IMG/VR virus record: IMGVR_UViG_3300036399_001951 | Coordinates: 1 to 64,000 of that record | Length of the DNA: 64,000 nucleotides | Source: a virus | Strand: one strand, 5' to 3' | Shown here: one piece after another, positions 8,391 through 18,196 of the stretch | How positions within the stretch are numbered: the stretch's first letter is position 1 | Layout of the letters: each line of letters begins with the position of its first letter | The notes under the pieces: model-generated | The model's database searches: none | Told to the model about the DNA's origin: nothing | The model's input: the letters and a program-made list of their open reading frames with translations, nothing else | Program-made: the position numbers and the translations under genes

Positions 8391-9132
8391 ATATTTTATC
8401 AACAATATTTTTAATTTTTTGATCCTCGATTGAGAGATCAGCATCTGGATAATTTTCCAAGGCGTGCTTAATCCATGTAGAAAGAACTTGATTATATTGC
8501 TCTTGATTTATCTTTCCGACCATCAGAAATGGATATAGATATTTATCAAATATTTTATCTATTCTAACTCCTTGAGCTTTGGATCTTTCATATGCACCTT
8601 TTACCATAGATTCAACTTCATCTGGTAGAAGAAAATATTTAAAGCTTTTCTTTGCGCTTTTTCGATCTGAGTTAGAGCTTGGCCTAACTTTAAATGGCTC
8701 ACGATTCCAGCCTACCTGTAGAGTATGATTTGTTTCATGAGATATTATATCAATAAGTCTATAATTTAATTCCTCATATGATCCAGGTATTCTAGAAGGT
8801 TGCAATAATAAAGTAATTATTATTTCAGGAAGAATTAAATCTCCTTTGTTAATATATACATTTGCATCTATAGCGAATCCATATTGTCTAAAATTAATCT
8901 CTTCCCAAGAAAGAGAATTAAAGTGGGAATCATTATCAAAGTCAGGATCTTCCTCTAGTTTTAATTCAATAACTAAATCAAAATCTGGATTCCGATATTC
9001 AAGTTCTCTTATTTCAAGATATTCTCCGTTAGTTGACTTTATATTTTTTATAAGATTAATGACATCCAAAGAATATTTTGAAAAGTTGGATTCTCTCCCT
9101 TCTCCTATATATTCATTAAATGATTTTATCAT
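8389..9132 (-). CDS. Putative internal head protein with HExxH zinc-peptidase-like motif
   Basis: Leader MIKSFNEYIGE; ISHETNH motif; downstream Y..PDEVES (third-ligand-like Glu). Confidence 0.55.
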   Translation of the reverse strand: MIKSFNEYIGEGRESNFSKYSLDVINLIKNIKSTNGEYLEIRELEYRNPDFDLVIELKLEEDPDFDNDSHFNSLSWEEINFRQYGFAIDANVYINKGDLILPEIIITLLLQPSRIPGSYEELNYRLIDIISHETNHTLQVGWNREPFKVRPSSNSDRKSAKKSFKYFLLPDEVESMVKGAYERSKAQGVRIDKIFDKYLYPFLMVGKINQEQYNQVLSTWIKHALENYPDADLSIEDQKIKNIVDKI

Positions 9133-9602
9133 TTTTTTGGAATTATTACAAATGTGACCTCAACTTCTTCAGATCCAAATTTTCCATCACCGTAGAAAGT
9201 AACTTCAATATCATTTAGTTTGCTTCCAATCTGATCATTTACTACCTGTTTTCTAAATTTATCAAGTAGTATTTTACTGTCTGGCGGAAGAGTGGGTTTG
9301 TCACCTCCAACGTATTTAGAAATTGCTTTCTTTTTAACATCAATTAAGGAGTCAGATAATTTTAAATCTTTAGTGCTTATGATATTTGAAGTTAGCCATT
9401 TATCTAAATCGTCTTTAGATATTTCAAAGGTTGGATATTTTTTAGAACTAGTTCCATCTGGATATCTATGATCACCTTCTTCTCCATCTTCCATAAAAAT
9501 AAACTTATATTTATCTACTTTAGGAGCAGCAGCTGCATTTGGATCTCCGCCCATCATATCTTGCTCGTTAATAAAGGTAATAAATCTTTTTACGTGTTTC
9601 AT
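9129..9602 (-). CDS. Putative internal head protein
   Basis: Leader MKHVKRFITFINE; late-promoter motif at 9623-9630. Confidence 0.55.
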   Translation of the reverse strand: MKHVKRFITFINEQDMMGGDPNAAAAPKVDKYKFIFMEDGEEGDHRYPDGTSSKKYPTFEISKDDLDKWLTSNIISTKDLKLSDSLIDVKKKAISKYVGGDKPTLPPDSKILLDKFRKQVVNDQIGSKLNDIEVTFYGDGKFGSEEVEVTFVIIPKK

Positions 9603-9662
9603 TAAACCGATCGATGTTTTTATTATTTATCATCAAGCTGATGATTTTAACGACGGTTTTAA

Positions 9663-11447
9663 CTAACCATCACAACTTAAGCAGTCAGGATCTGTTGCTC
9701 TAGCTGCAATATCTCCTCTTAATACAGATTCAGTTCTCATATAGTATAACGTCTTTATTCCCTGCTTCCAAGATTCCATGTGAACTTGATTAATCCACTT
9801 TGGAGAGCACTGAGATGGGAAAGCTAGATTAAGAGACACAGATTGATCTACATATTGCTGTCTGACACCTGCCTGCTTTACTAATTCTAATTGATTTATT
9901 TCTTTAAATGTTTTAAATACGTCTTTGACCCATTCTATTTCTTTATTATCAATTGCAGCTTGAGAGAATTCATTTTTATTAGTTATTTTTCCATTAACAA
10001 ATGCCCAATTATCTAATTCTTCTATGTCTTGAATTGATCCACCATCCTCTAATACTTTATCCCATGTTTCTTTAGTATTGATTCCAATCTTTTTCAAGAC
10101 TCTCTCTAAAGTAGGATTTTTACGAATAAAAGTTCCTTTTGCAGTTTGCTCAGTGAATACATTAGCTGCCCATGGCTCAATTCCAGGAGAAACATTTCCA
10201 CTTAGTTTAGAATTTGAAACAGTAGGAGCAATTGCTCTTAAATGAGTATTTCTCATGCCTGTTCCAACACACCATAGAGGCTCTCCATATTCATTAGCAA
10301 GATCCCTACTTGCTCTATCAGATTCTATTTTAATTTGAGAAAATATTTTTCTAGTTTCGAACTGAGCGATTAAGCCTTCAAATGGAATTCCTTTTTGCTG
10401 TAAATACGTATGCCATCCAAGTACACCTAGACCAAGAGCTCTTCCTTTTTCAGCACTTCTAACTGAATTTTCAAATCCTCTCATATTTTTAGCTCGTTGA
10501 ATGAATTCTTCTAGAACTCCATCTAAGAACCAAGTTGCTGTATAAATTAAGTCAGTGTCTTTCCATTCTTCATATTTTGCTAGATTTAAGGAAGATAAAC
10601 AACAAACAAATGAATGAGATTCGTCAGTGTGTAAAGTAATTTCTGAGCATATATTAGTCATAAATACTTTAAGGCCATTTTGTTTATATGCATCGGGATT
10701 ATGTTTATTAACATTGCCCTTAAACATAATATATGGCTCTCCAGTTGCCTTTCTTTTTTGAAGAACTTTACCCCACCTTCTTCTAGCTTCGGGATCTCCA
10801 TCTTCTAATTGTCTCATAAATTTATCAGATACAATTACGCACTGATGAACATTCAAGCATTGACGATTCATATCCCCCTTAGGTTCTCTGATTTCAATCC
10901 AATCATCGAAATCTCCGTGCTCAATATTTAAATTTATAGAGGCAGCTCCACGTCTAACTGATCCTTGATTAGTAGCTAATATTGTAGAATCGTATATCTT
11001 AGCAAATGGAACTACCCCATCTGAGGTTCCATTTTGAGATATTTTACTACCTGCTGATCTAATCATATTCATTCCAATCCCAACTCCACCACCATGTTTT
11101 GCAAGTAGCATCATCTCTAGATTCTTTCCACCTATTTCTTGAATTGAATCTCCAACGTCAATACCGAAACAAGAGATCGGAAGACCTCTATCTGTTCCAG
11201 TATTAGAAAGAACCGGGGTTGCTAAATTAAGCCATCCTCTCCAAATATAATCAAAGAATTTAGATGCCAAGTATGGCTTTCCAAGTCTGCGAGCAACGGC
11301 AGTTGATACTCTCCAATAAGCATCTTTAGGGGTCTCTCCATCTAAAAGATATCCTTTAGATATAGTTTTAACGTATACATCAGTATTTGCCCATTCTGGG
11401 AAATCGACATTCAATTCCCATCCTAATTCTTCTCCAAAATTTTTCAT
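9663..11447 (-). CDS. nrdA: Ribonucleotide reductase class I alpha subunit (no ATP cone)
   Basis: ATPVLSN, ISCF, GGGVG, TNICSEI, CCLSSLN, IAPT, KTLYY and C-terminal CLSCDG. Confidence 0.97.
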   Translation of the reverse strand: MKNFGEELGWELNVDFPEWANTDVYVKTISKGYLLDGETPKDAYWRVSTAVARRLGKPYLASKFFDYIWRGWLNLATPVLSNTGTDRGLPISCFGIDVGDSIQEIGGKNLEMMLLAKHGGGVGIGMNMIRSAGSKISQNGTSDGVVPFAKIYDSTILATNQGSVRRGAASINLNIEHGDFDDWIEIREPKGDMNRQCLNVHQCVIVSDKFMRQLEDGDPEARRRWGKVLQKRKATGEPYIMFKGNVNKHNPDAYKQNGLKVFMTNICSEITLHTDESHSFVCCLSSLNLAKYEEWKDTDLIYTATWFLDGVLEEFIQRAKNMRGFENSVRSAEKGRALGLGVLGWHTYLQQKGIPFEGLIAQFETRKIFSQIKIESDRASRDLANEYGEPLWCVGTGMRNTHLRAIAPTVSNSKLSGNVSPGIEPWAANVFTEQTAKGTFIRKNPTLERVLKKIGINTKETWDKVLEDGGSIQDIEELDNWAFVNGKITNKNEFSQAAIDNKEIEWVKDVFKTFKEINQLELVKQAGVRQQYVDQSVSLNLAFPSQCSPKWINQVHMESWKQGIKTLYYMRTESVLRGDIAARATDPDCLSCDG

Positions 11448-11464
11448 ATTATCTTTTTATTTAC

Positions 11465-12460
11465 TTACCATAGGTCTGACCAATCATCACCTTCATTTGC
11501 TTTTGAATAATCAGTTGGTCTAACTGCAAAGAAATCAGTGTGAGTATGTCCACCTGTTAAATGATAGAACCAATCTAAATTTTCAGCAGACTTAACGTCA
11601 AATGAGAATATAGGACCATATCCAATCTCATTTAATTTTTCATTTGCTCTTTTTCTAATAAAGTTCTTGAGATCTTCCTTTTTTAAATTCTCAAGATCTC
11701 CCATTTCAAACATTTTATCAATAAATTGTTCTTCCATATTAACCATTAAGGCCGCTGCCTCTTCAACTGCGTCCTTAACTGCTTCTCTAAGCTCTGGAAA
11801 TTCTTGACACATATGTCTAAATAGCCTACATCCCATTTTTGAATGAAGGGATTCATCTCTAACTGACCATTTCATTTGCTGACCAATTCCCTTTAAAAGA
11901 TTTCTCATTTGAAAGCTATATAAGACAGCAAAAGAAGAGTATAATGAAACTCCTTCAGCAAATGCTGAGAATATTGCTAGAGATCTAGCTACTTCTTCTC
12001 TTGCTTTTTCATTAGAAGACAAATCATTATGATCAAAATCTGAAGATACCCTGGTTAAAAATTCAAATTTTTCTGCGATAGTCGGCTCGTGTAAAAAAGC
12101 CTCGAAGTTTTCTAATCCAAGGGTTTCATTTAAATATGAATAAGCAGTTGCGTGTATAGTTTCCTGAGAACCGAAAATCATAGCCATCTGTTTTATCTCA
12201 TGTTTAGGAAACCATTTAGTAACCATTCCAGTCCAATAATCTGACACTGCGCATTCAGTTTGTGCAAATCCTAAAAGTATGTTTCCAACTAGATTTTTTT
12301 CATGAGAGAGAAGATTTTCGTTCCAATCTTTTATGTCTCCTTGCATTGAAATTTCAGTGTGGAGCCAAAATGCCTGAGCCTGTGGTAGCCAACCGTCGAT
12401 ATAGTATTCTGGAAATTCAAATGGTTTGTACTCTATTCGATGTGTAAAAAGCTTAGACAT
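11465..12460 (-). CDS. nrdB: Ribonucleotide reductase class I beta subunit
   Basis: FW...E, QETIH...Y, EG...YSSF, RDESLH, DFF..RPTDY motifs. Confidence 0.97.
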   Translation of the reverse strand: MSKLFTHRIEYKPFEFPEYYIDGWLPQAQAFWLHTEISMQGDIKDWNENLLSHEKNLVGNILLGFAQTECAVSDYWTGMVTKWFPKHEIKQMAMIFGSQETIHATAYSYLNETLGLENFEAFLHEPTIAEKFEFLTRVSSDFDHNDLSSNEKAREEVARSLAIFSAFAEGVSLYSSFAVLYSFQMRNLLKGIGQQMKWSVRDESLHSKMGCRLFRHMCQEFPELREAVKDAVEEAAALMVNMEEQFIDKMFEMGDLENLKKEDLKNFIRKRANEKLNEIGYGPIFSFDVKSAENLDWFYHLTGGHTHTDFFAVRPTDYSKANEGDDWSDLW

Positions 12461-12630
12461 TTAATTTAATTTTTTTTATTAATAAATTCTTGGAAGTCCA
12501 CGATGCCGCCAAACAGGCGGCATCTAATGTATATAAATTATACTAAATTTGAACCCATATTATAAGAACCTATCATATAATTTATTTATCTCTGAAGGTC
12601 AAATTAAGGCTCTAGCTTGGATAATTTTTA

Positions 12631-13815
12631 TCAGCTTTCTACAAATTCAAATTTTAAATTCTTGTTGATTGGATCGACTTTATATACCTTAACTCTAGGA
12701 TATAAGTTTAGATTTTTTTGAAGATCTTTTCTTTTTAAGGTAACTTCAAATGATTCATTTTCAATTTGAATTTTTATTGAATTATTTTTTGAGTCGATCT
12801 CATAGTTAAAAATTTTATTTTCTGTTTTTTCTCTTAGATCGCTCCATCTTCTTTTTTCAGAATCAACATCATCCTCTTTAAGAGTTAATACCACTCTATA
12901 TTGAGTTCCTTTTTTAACTACATTCTTAACATAAATGTCTATTTTATCTCCAGCCCTATATTGTTTTCTAGACTCATCATAGTTTTCAAATTCAGAGGAG
13001 TGAATTAAACCAGTGTAATAACTTTCAAATTCCACAAAGATTCCAAAATCATATGGATTATTAGTTAATTTTCCTGAGTATTTTTGACCAAATTTTAATT
13101 CAGTTATCATTTGAGGAAGAGAATGCTCAATATATTTCTTATAGGAAAGAATGAATAGATCATTCGACTGATCATAATTGTCTACCATAATATTCATAGA
13201 CTTTCCAATTAGATCTTTAAAGTCTCTAATAACATTGGCAGCTGCATGTGAACCTGGGATAAAACACTCAACAGTATCTTTGTATGTAGCAATATATCCA
13301 CCTTTAATTAACTTACAGATTTTAACTTCAAACCAAGTATTTTCTTCAAGATGACTGAATAATTCTTTTTTATAGTTAATTGAGGTACATTTTCTTTCAG
13401 ATCCAGTATATCCTAGGTTTTTATCAAATCTAGTGATCATTATATTAAATATGACGTTTTCTCCTCTAGCTAAAGTATCTATTTCTCCAGAATACTCCTT
13501 AAATGGTAAATCAATATTAATCTTTGAAAAAGGCTCTTCGACTGTAATTATTTTAGTATCGAAACATATGCTAGTTGCTCTAACTTCATATATAGAATCA
13601 ACATTTAAATCTTTACTAACATGGGAAGGAAGTCCATTTTTATTTTCATATGCCCTCATTGCATTGTACAGATCTTGAGCATATGGTTCCATGCAATATA
13701 TTTTAACCCTGGCTTTTTTATCTTCCTCTGTTAATACAACACTATCATTATATTTTCCATTTTTAGAAAACAATAGGTCTAAGTCTTCTAAATAAATTTT
13801 TTCTTCGCGGTTCAT
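12631..13815 (-). CDS. rpsA: Ribosomal protein S1-like protein (about 3 S1/OB domains)
   Basis: KGGYIA...CFIPGSH (S1 domain 2 signature) and DFGIFVEF...GLIHSSE...GDKIDIYV (S1 RNA-binding domain). Confidence 0.75.
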   Translation of the reverse strand: MNREEKIYLEDLDLLFSKNGKYNDSVVLTEEDKKARVKIYCMEPYAQDLYNAMRAYENKNGLPSHVSKDLNVDSIYEVRATSICFDTKIITVEEPFSKINIDLPFKEYSGEIDTLARGENVIFNIMITRFDKNLGYTGSERKCTSINYKKELFSHLEENTWFEVKICKLIKGGYIATYKDTVECFIPGSHAAANVIRDFKDLIGKSMNIMVDNYDQSNDLFILSYKKYIEHSLPQMITELKFGQKYSGKLTNNPYDFGIFVEFESYYTGLIHSSEFENYDESRKQYRAGDKIDIYVKNVVKKGTQYRVVLTLKEDDVDSEKRRWSDLREKTENKIFNYEIDSKNNSIKIQIENESFEVTLKRKDLQKNLNLYPRVKVYKVDPINKNLKFEFVES

Positions 13816-13835
13816 AATTATTATTTTAATATAGA

Positions 13836-13864
13836 TTTATACTTAATTATGTATTAAAGGTTTT
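13836..13864 (-). promoter_or_regulatory. Putative early/middle promoter of the S1-like gene
   Basis: AAAAC-N18-TATAAA. Confidence 0.5.
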
Positions 13865-13878
13865 TATTTTTTTTAAAT

Positions 13879-13905
13879 AAAAAAAGGTCCGTGAAGGACC
13901 TTTTT
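13879..13905 (-). terminator. Rho-independent terminator after groEL
   Basis: AAAAAGGTCC-TTCAC-GGACCTTTTTTT on the minus strand. Confidence 0.85.
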
Positions 13906-13924
13906 ATTTTAGATAGATTTGGTT

Positions 13925-15550
13925 TTATTTCTCAGCCGGCTTCACAATTGCCTTTTCCATTAGCACGCATTCAGTCGTAATCATTAAACCTGAAATTGAG
14001 GCTGCATTTTCAATAGCTGCTCTGGTTACTTTAGCAGGGTCAATGATTCCTGATTTTAACATATCTACATATTCTCCAGTTCTAGAATTATATCCAGATG
14101 TATATTCATCTTTTAAATCCTTTGAAATTACTTCTGGATTTTTTCCAGCGTTAAGAATAATAGTGTTAAATGGATCTTTACATGATTCTAATAGAATAGA
14201 TGCTCCTACTTTTTCATCTCCTATAAAATCATTTGAAAATGATTTTTCTATTTCGGCTGATATTTCGATTGCTGCTCGATATAAAGCAATTCCTCCACCT
14301 GGAAGAATACCTTCTTCTACTGCAGCTTGTGTAGCTCCTAAAGCATCATCAATTCGATCTCTTTTTTCTTTTATCTCAATGTCAGTATATCCACCAACTT
14401 TGATTATTGCAACTCCTCCTTCTAATTTAGAAAGTCTCTCCTTTAAAATTAATTTCTCAGATTCATTATCTTGATTCTCAATTTGAGACTTGATTTCATC
14501 TACTCTAGCTTTAACTGATTCCTGATCTCCACCTCCATTTATAACGGTAGTCTCTTCAGCTGAAACGGTTACTCTCTCAGCAGATCCTAAAATCTCAGCT
14601 ACACTATTCGGGTTAATATTTTGAATATCATGTCCCATTGCTTCAGATAAAACCGTCCCTCCAACGATAGCAGCAATATCTTTTAATTGCTCAGTTTTAA
14701 GTTGACCATATCCAGGAGAATTAACTGCAGTTACATCAAGAACTCCGTTTGCCTTATTCATTACCAGAGTCTGTAGTGCATCACCTTCAATATTATTTGA
14801 GATCACTAATAGAGGTCTCTTAACGTGATTAGAGTATTCAAGAAGATGAACTAGGCCCTTTATTCCTTTAATCTTTCCATCATAAATAAAGATAACTGGA
14901 TTTTCTAGGTGAGCCTCCATTTTAGCAATGTTATTTATAAAATAAGGAGAAAGATATCCTGATTTAAATTGCATTCCTTTTACTAGATCTAAATATGTCT
15001 CATGAGTATTACTTTCGTCTACCGTAATTACTCCATCAAATCCTACTTCATCCATTGCTCTTGCGATAATAGATCCAATGTTACTGTCTCCATTTGCAGA
15101 GATTGTGGCTACCTGCTCGATTTGCTCAACTCCATTTATTTTAATACTATTTTTTTGAAGATGATCTTTGATTATGACAAGAGATTTATCGATACCTGAT
15201 TTAATCTCCATTGGATCAAATCCAGCTTCAATCATTTTAATACCTTTAGTTAGGATAGACTGCGCTAAAACGGTCGCGGTTGTTGTTCCATCACCTGCGG
15301 CCCTTGCAACATTAGACGCTACTTGTTTAACCATTTGTGCTCCAAGATTTTCTTCTGGATCCTCTAGAAAAACTTCTCTAGCTACAGATACTCCATCTTT
15401 AGTTATTGCAAATTGATTAACTCTTCCAAGTACCACGTTTCTACCCTTCGGTCCCAGAGTTACTTTAACTGAGTTTGCTAGCTTGTCAACTCCGGATTTT
15501 AATTTGTTTCTTGATTCTGAGCTGAATGTAATTTCTCTCGGATTATTCAT
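13925..15550 (-). CDS. groEL: Chaperonin GroEL (no GGM tail)
   Basis: VTLGPKGRNV, TKDGVSVA, AGDGTTTATVLA, ATISANGD, EEGILPGGG, GIIDPAKVTR. Confidence 0.98.
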   Translation of the reverse strand: MNNPREITFSSESRNKLKSGVDKLANSVKVTLGPKGRNVVLGRVNQFAITKDGVSVAREVFLEDPEENLGAQMVKQVASNVARAAGDGTTTATVLAQSILTKGIKMIEAGFDPMEIKSGIDKSLVIIKDHLQKNSIKINGVEQIEQVATISANGDSNIGSIIARAMDEVGFDGVITVDESNTHETYLDLVKGMQFKSGYLSPYFINNIAKMEAHLENPVIFIYDGKIKGIKGLVHLLEYSNHVKRPLLVISNNIEGDALQTLVMNKANGVLDVTAVNSPGYGQLKTEQLKDIAAIVGGTVLSEAMGHDIQNINPNSVAEILGSAERVTVSAEETTVINGGGDQESVKARVDEIKSQIENQDNESEKLILKERLSKLEGGVAIIKVGGYTDIEIKEKRDRIDDALGATQAAVEEGILPGGGIALYRAAIEISAEIEKSFSNDFIGDEKVGASILLESCKDPFNTIILNAGKNPEVISKDLKDEYTSGYNSRTGEYVDMLKSGIIDPAKVTRAAIENAASISGLMITTECVLMEKAIVKPAEK

Positions 15551-15572
15551 ATTTAATTTATTTTTTTATGAT

Positions 15573-15601
15573 ATTATACACTTAATTGAAAAATAAGTTT
15601 T
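15573..15601 (-). promoter_or_regulatory. Putative early/middle promoter of groEL
   Basis: AAAAC-N18-TATAAT. Confidence 0.55.
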
Positions 15602-16337
15602 AAAATACAAAGTTATTTTTCTCTAATTCGGATCTAAGTTGACTTCTTAAATCTAGTGCCCTGTGTAATTTATATCCAGATCCACTTAATGAAATCAATA
15701 ATCCCCCTTCAGTTTCGAATCCTGCCTCTTCTAACATTAATCGATATGTGCTAATTTGTAAGCTGTAACTGTTGACGTGATTATCCCAAAGATTATTAAA
15801 TGGAGAAAACATTTTATTTCTTTTTCCCTTTGCGTGGTCGTCATGGGTAAAGTCCTCATTAGTTTTCCAATCTCCAACGTAGTACTTTTTATTAAGCTCA
15901 AATATGATGTCAATTGTCCCAGCAATACCCCACTTTTTAGAAAAAACTCTAAATTCTTGAGCAATAGGATTCATTTTTTTTAACTTCTCCTCGTATACCT
16001 GCTTAAAGAGTTCTACTCGACCGTTAACAATTAAATCTTCTGGGGCCTCTGGATTTACGCCATTATAAAAATCTTCAATCCATTTATGAGCCTTAGTTCC
16101 TCTAACCCCAGATTGTTTCCATTCATTAATAACTTCACTTTCAGTTATTCCTTTTGATTTGGCAACATATTTAGCTACACTAGGATCAAATGGTTTTTTA
16201 AACTGACTGATAAATCCGGAGACGGGCTCGAATATTTGGCTTAATAGACCAGATTCAGGATCTACATATGTATAGGAATGAGCTGTCTCATCGAATTTAA
16301 AATTCGGATCCCTAAAATATTCTAATTTTTCTATCAT
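15600..16337 (-). CDS. PD-(D/E)XK exonuclease
   Basis: GT..H, E...., IAGTID, GDWKT and YSLQISTY motifs. Confidence 0.85.
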   Translation of the reverse strand: MIEKLEYFRDPNFKFDETAHSYTYVDPESGLLSQIFEPVSGFISQFKKPFDPSVAKYVAKSKGITESEVINEWKQSGVRGTKAHKWIEDFYNGVNPEAPEDLIVNGRVELFKQVYEEKLKKMNPIAQEFRVFSKKWGIAGTIDIIFELNKKYYVGDWKTNEDFTHDDHAKGKRNKMFSPFNNLWDNHVNSYSLQISTYRLMLEEAGFETEGGLLISLSGSGYKLHRALDLRSQLRSELEKNNFVF

Positions 16338-17053
16338 TAATCTAGTTGTGGGAGTCCTGATACATTAAGTAGAATCTGTGCTACTGTTTTAACGTCTTTT
16401 TCGCAATAGGTAGAGATTCTGTTTAGATCTCCTTCTTTCCAAAAGATTGAACTAACCTCTTCACCTTTAATGTCATCCTTTGGAGAATCAATATTTAAAG
16501 ACGCAGATAATAAATCTAGAGAAGTAAATCCTTCTTGCCAGGCTCCGAAACTCCATAATTCAGAAGTATCAACAAATGGCATTTCCCAAGGTTTAAGATT
16601 GTGTATTTTTAAACCATCAGGTAGAGATATTCCATTAATTAGTAGTCTCTTACACATAACTGGAACGTCAAATCTTTTAATATTGTGTCCGCAGAATTTG
16701 TACTTGCTAAACCCATTAAATACTTTAACTACTCCATCTAGAATTTCTTCTTCAGAAGGGTCGCAATAGCTTTTAAGAATAATCTTTGGAAAATTTCCTT
16801 CGAATGCAAGTCTACCGACTGACATGCAAATAATTCGATTAAACTCTGGATGTAGAGCCGCTTTGTTTAAGTATAATTCCTCATCCGTTTTATCCTTATT
16901 TTCTTCAAATTTAGATCTTAGGTATTCGCATCTCTTAGACCACAATTCTGCCATTCTAGGATTAGAATCATTTAATTCATCTAAACTAGCAAATCCAGAT
17001 GCTGTTTCAAGATCGAAGAATACGATCTTTGTTAGTTCTTCTTGGCTGTACAT
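16337..17053 (-). CDS. DEDD 3'-5' exonuclease (PolB-exo-like, Bacteroidota type)
   Basis: FFDLET, ALHPEF, GHNIKRFDVP, SPKDDI and YCEKDV. Confidence 0.85.
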   Translation of the reverse strand: MYSQEELTKIVFFDLETASGFASLDELNDSNPRMAELWSKRCEYLRSKFEENKDKTDEELYLNKAALHPEFNRIICMSVGRLAFEGNFPKIILKSYCDPSEEEILDGVVKVFNGFSKYKFCGHNIKRFDVPVMCKRLLINGISLPDGLKIHNLKPWEMPFVDTSELWSFGAWQEGFTSLDLLSASLNIDSPKDDIKGEEVSSIFWKEGDLNRISTYCEKDVKTVAQILLNVSGLPQLD

Positions 17054-17064
17054 TTATTTTGTTT

Positions 17065-18015
17065 TTAATTATTGCTTTCTTTTTCGTCTGCCTCAACTTC
17101 TTGAAAGTTGATTTGGTCTATTTCTTTCTCTCTATGAGAAACTGCCCTGCCTTCCATTTGTTCCCAATCTCTGTTCTCTCTTACTATTTGATTAGTCACA
17201 TACGCTCCCATAATAGTTGGAACAGACATGCCTAATTTTTCAGCAACATATATTATGGCAGAAATATCCTTTGGAAAACAATGCCCTCCGAATCCTCGAT
17301 CTCCATCTGGACCAGGTACTTTATAGTGAGACTTGCCTATTCTTGAATCATACATAGTTGCTTGTATAACTGCATCATAGTTTATTTCTAATCTTTCACA
17401 TATGGAGTAGATATCGTTAAAGAAACTTACCTTTGTTGCTAGAAATAAATTAGTAGTATATTTTACCATTTCAGCCTCTTTAGTAGATATGATTAGGATA
17501 TCTGCAGTCGGAAATACATCCCTGAATATTGATCCTACTCCATTAATATTTTCATAGTCATCAGTGCCAATTACTATCCGAGTTTGATTTTTAAAATCAT
17601 TTATAGAATTAGCTTCAGTTAGGAATTCTGGAGAAAATACTACATTTACCCGATCTGATATTGCATTTAAATTGCTAGTGGTTCCTGGTGGAACCGTTGA
17701 TTTAAGTACTGCAACTACTTCTCTATCTAAAGAATTGCAATTTGAGGATAATTCTAAGATAACTGATTCGACAATTGAAATGTCACATTCTCCATCTTCA
17801 AACATTGGAGTCGGAACACAAATAAAGATTATATCGCATTCCTTAACTAGAGTTGATATGTCATTTTTAGGAGAAACAAAATCTTCTGATTTTTTATATA
17901 TTGCCGATTTACTTGGTTCAAACTTGTCATACGTATAGACAATACACTTTTCTCTAAATTTTTCTTTAACGGCAGTTCCAACGAATCCTTGTCCAATTAT
18001 TCCTATTTTTTCCAT
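17065..18015 (-). CDS. UDP-glucose/GDP-mannose dehydrogenase family protein (short form)
   Basis: GQGFVG Rossmann motif, ICVPTP, KSTVPPGT, SPEFL, AEMVKY..N, catalytic GFGGHCFPKD. Confidence 0.9.
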   Translation of the reverse strand: MEKIGIIGQGFVGTAVKEKFREKCIVYTYDKFEPSKSAIYKKSEDFVSPKNDISTLVKECDIIFICVPTPMFEDGECDISIVESVILELSSNCNSLDREVVAVLKSTVPPGTTSNLNAISDRVNVVFSPEFLTEANSINDFKNQTRIVIGTDDYENINGVGSIFRDVFPTADILIISTKEAEMVKYTTNLFLATKVSFFNDIYSICERLEINYDAVIQATMYDSRIGKSHYKVPGPDGDRGFGGHCFPKDISAIIYVAEKLGMSVPTIMGAYVTNQIVRENRDWEQMEGRAVSHREKEIDQINFQEVEADEKESNN

Positions 18016-18045
18016 ATTTCTTTTTATGTTTTGATTATTTATGTA

Positions 18046-18180
18046 CTATTGATTTTTCCATTCTTTCCATGTGTCAAAGTCTTTTAGTTTTTCAAGGTCT
18101 TTCATAAACTCTGTATTGAGTCTCACTGCTATAGCCCACATTAAAAATGCTCCAAACAAAAATGCGATTACAATTTCCAT
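18046..18180 (-). CDS. Small membrane protein (44 aa)
   Basis: MEIVIAFLFGAFLMWAIAV hydrophobic helix. The longer ORF-track start runs into the tRNA-like RNA. Confidence 0.6.
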   Translation of the reverse strand: MEIVIAFLFGAFLMWAIAVRLNTEFMKDLEKLKDFDTWKEWKNQ

Positions 18181-18196
18181 AGTGTTTAATTTTTTG

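Noticed and set aside
9663-12460. Inteins, introns or homing endonucleases in nrdAB
   Set aside because: Both genes are compact and continuous; no intein termini or LAGLIDADG/HNH/GIY-YIG motifs seen.
15600-16337. Cas4 / CRISPR-associated nuclease
   Set aside because: It lacks the four Fe-S cysteines and there is no array nearby; an ordinary phage PD-(D/E)XK exonuclease.
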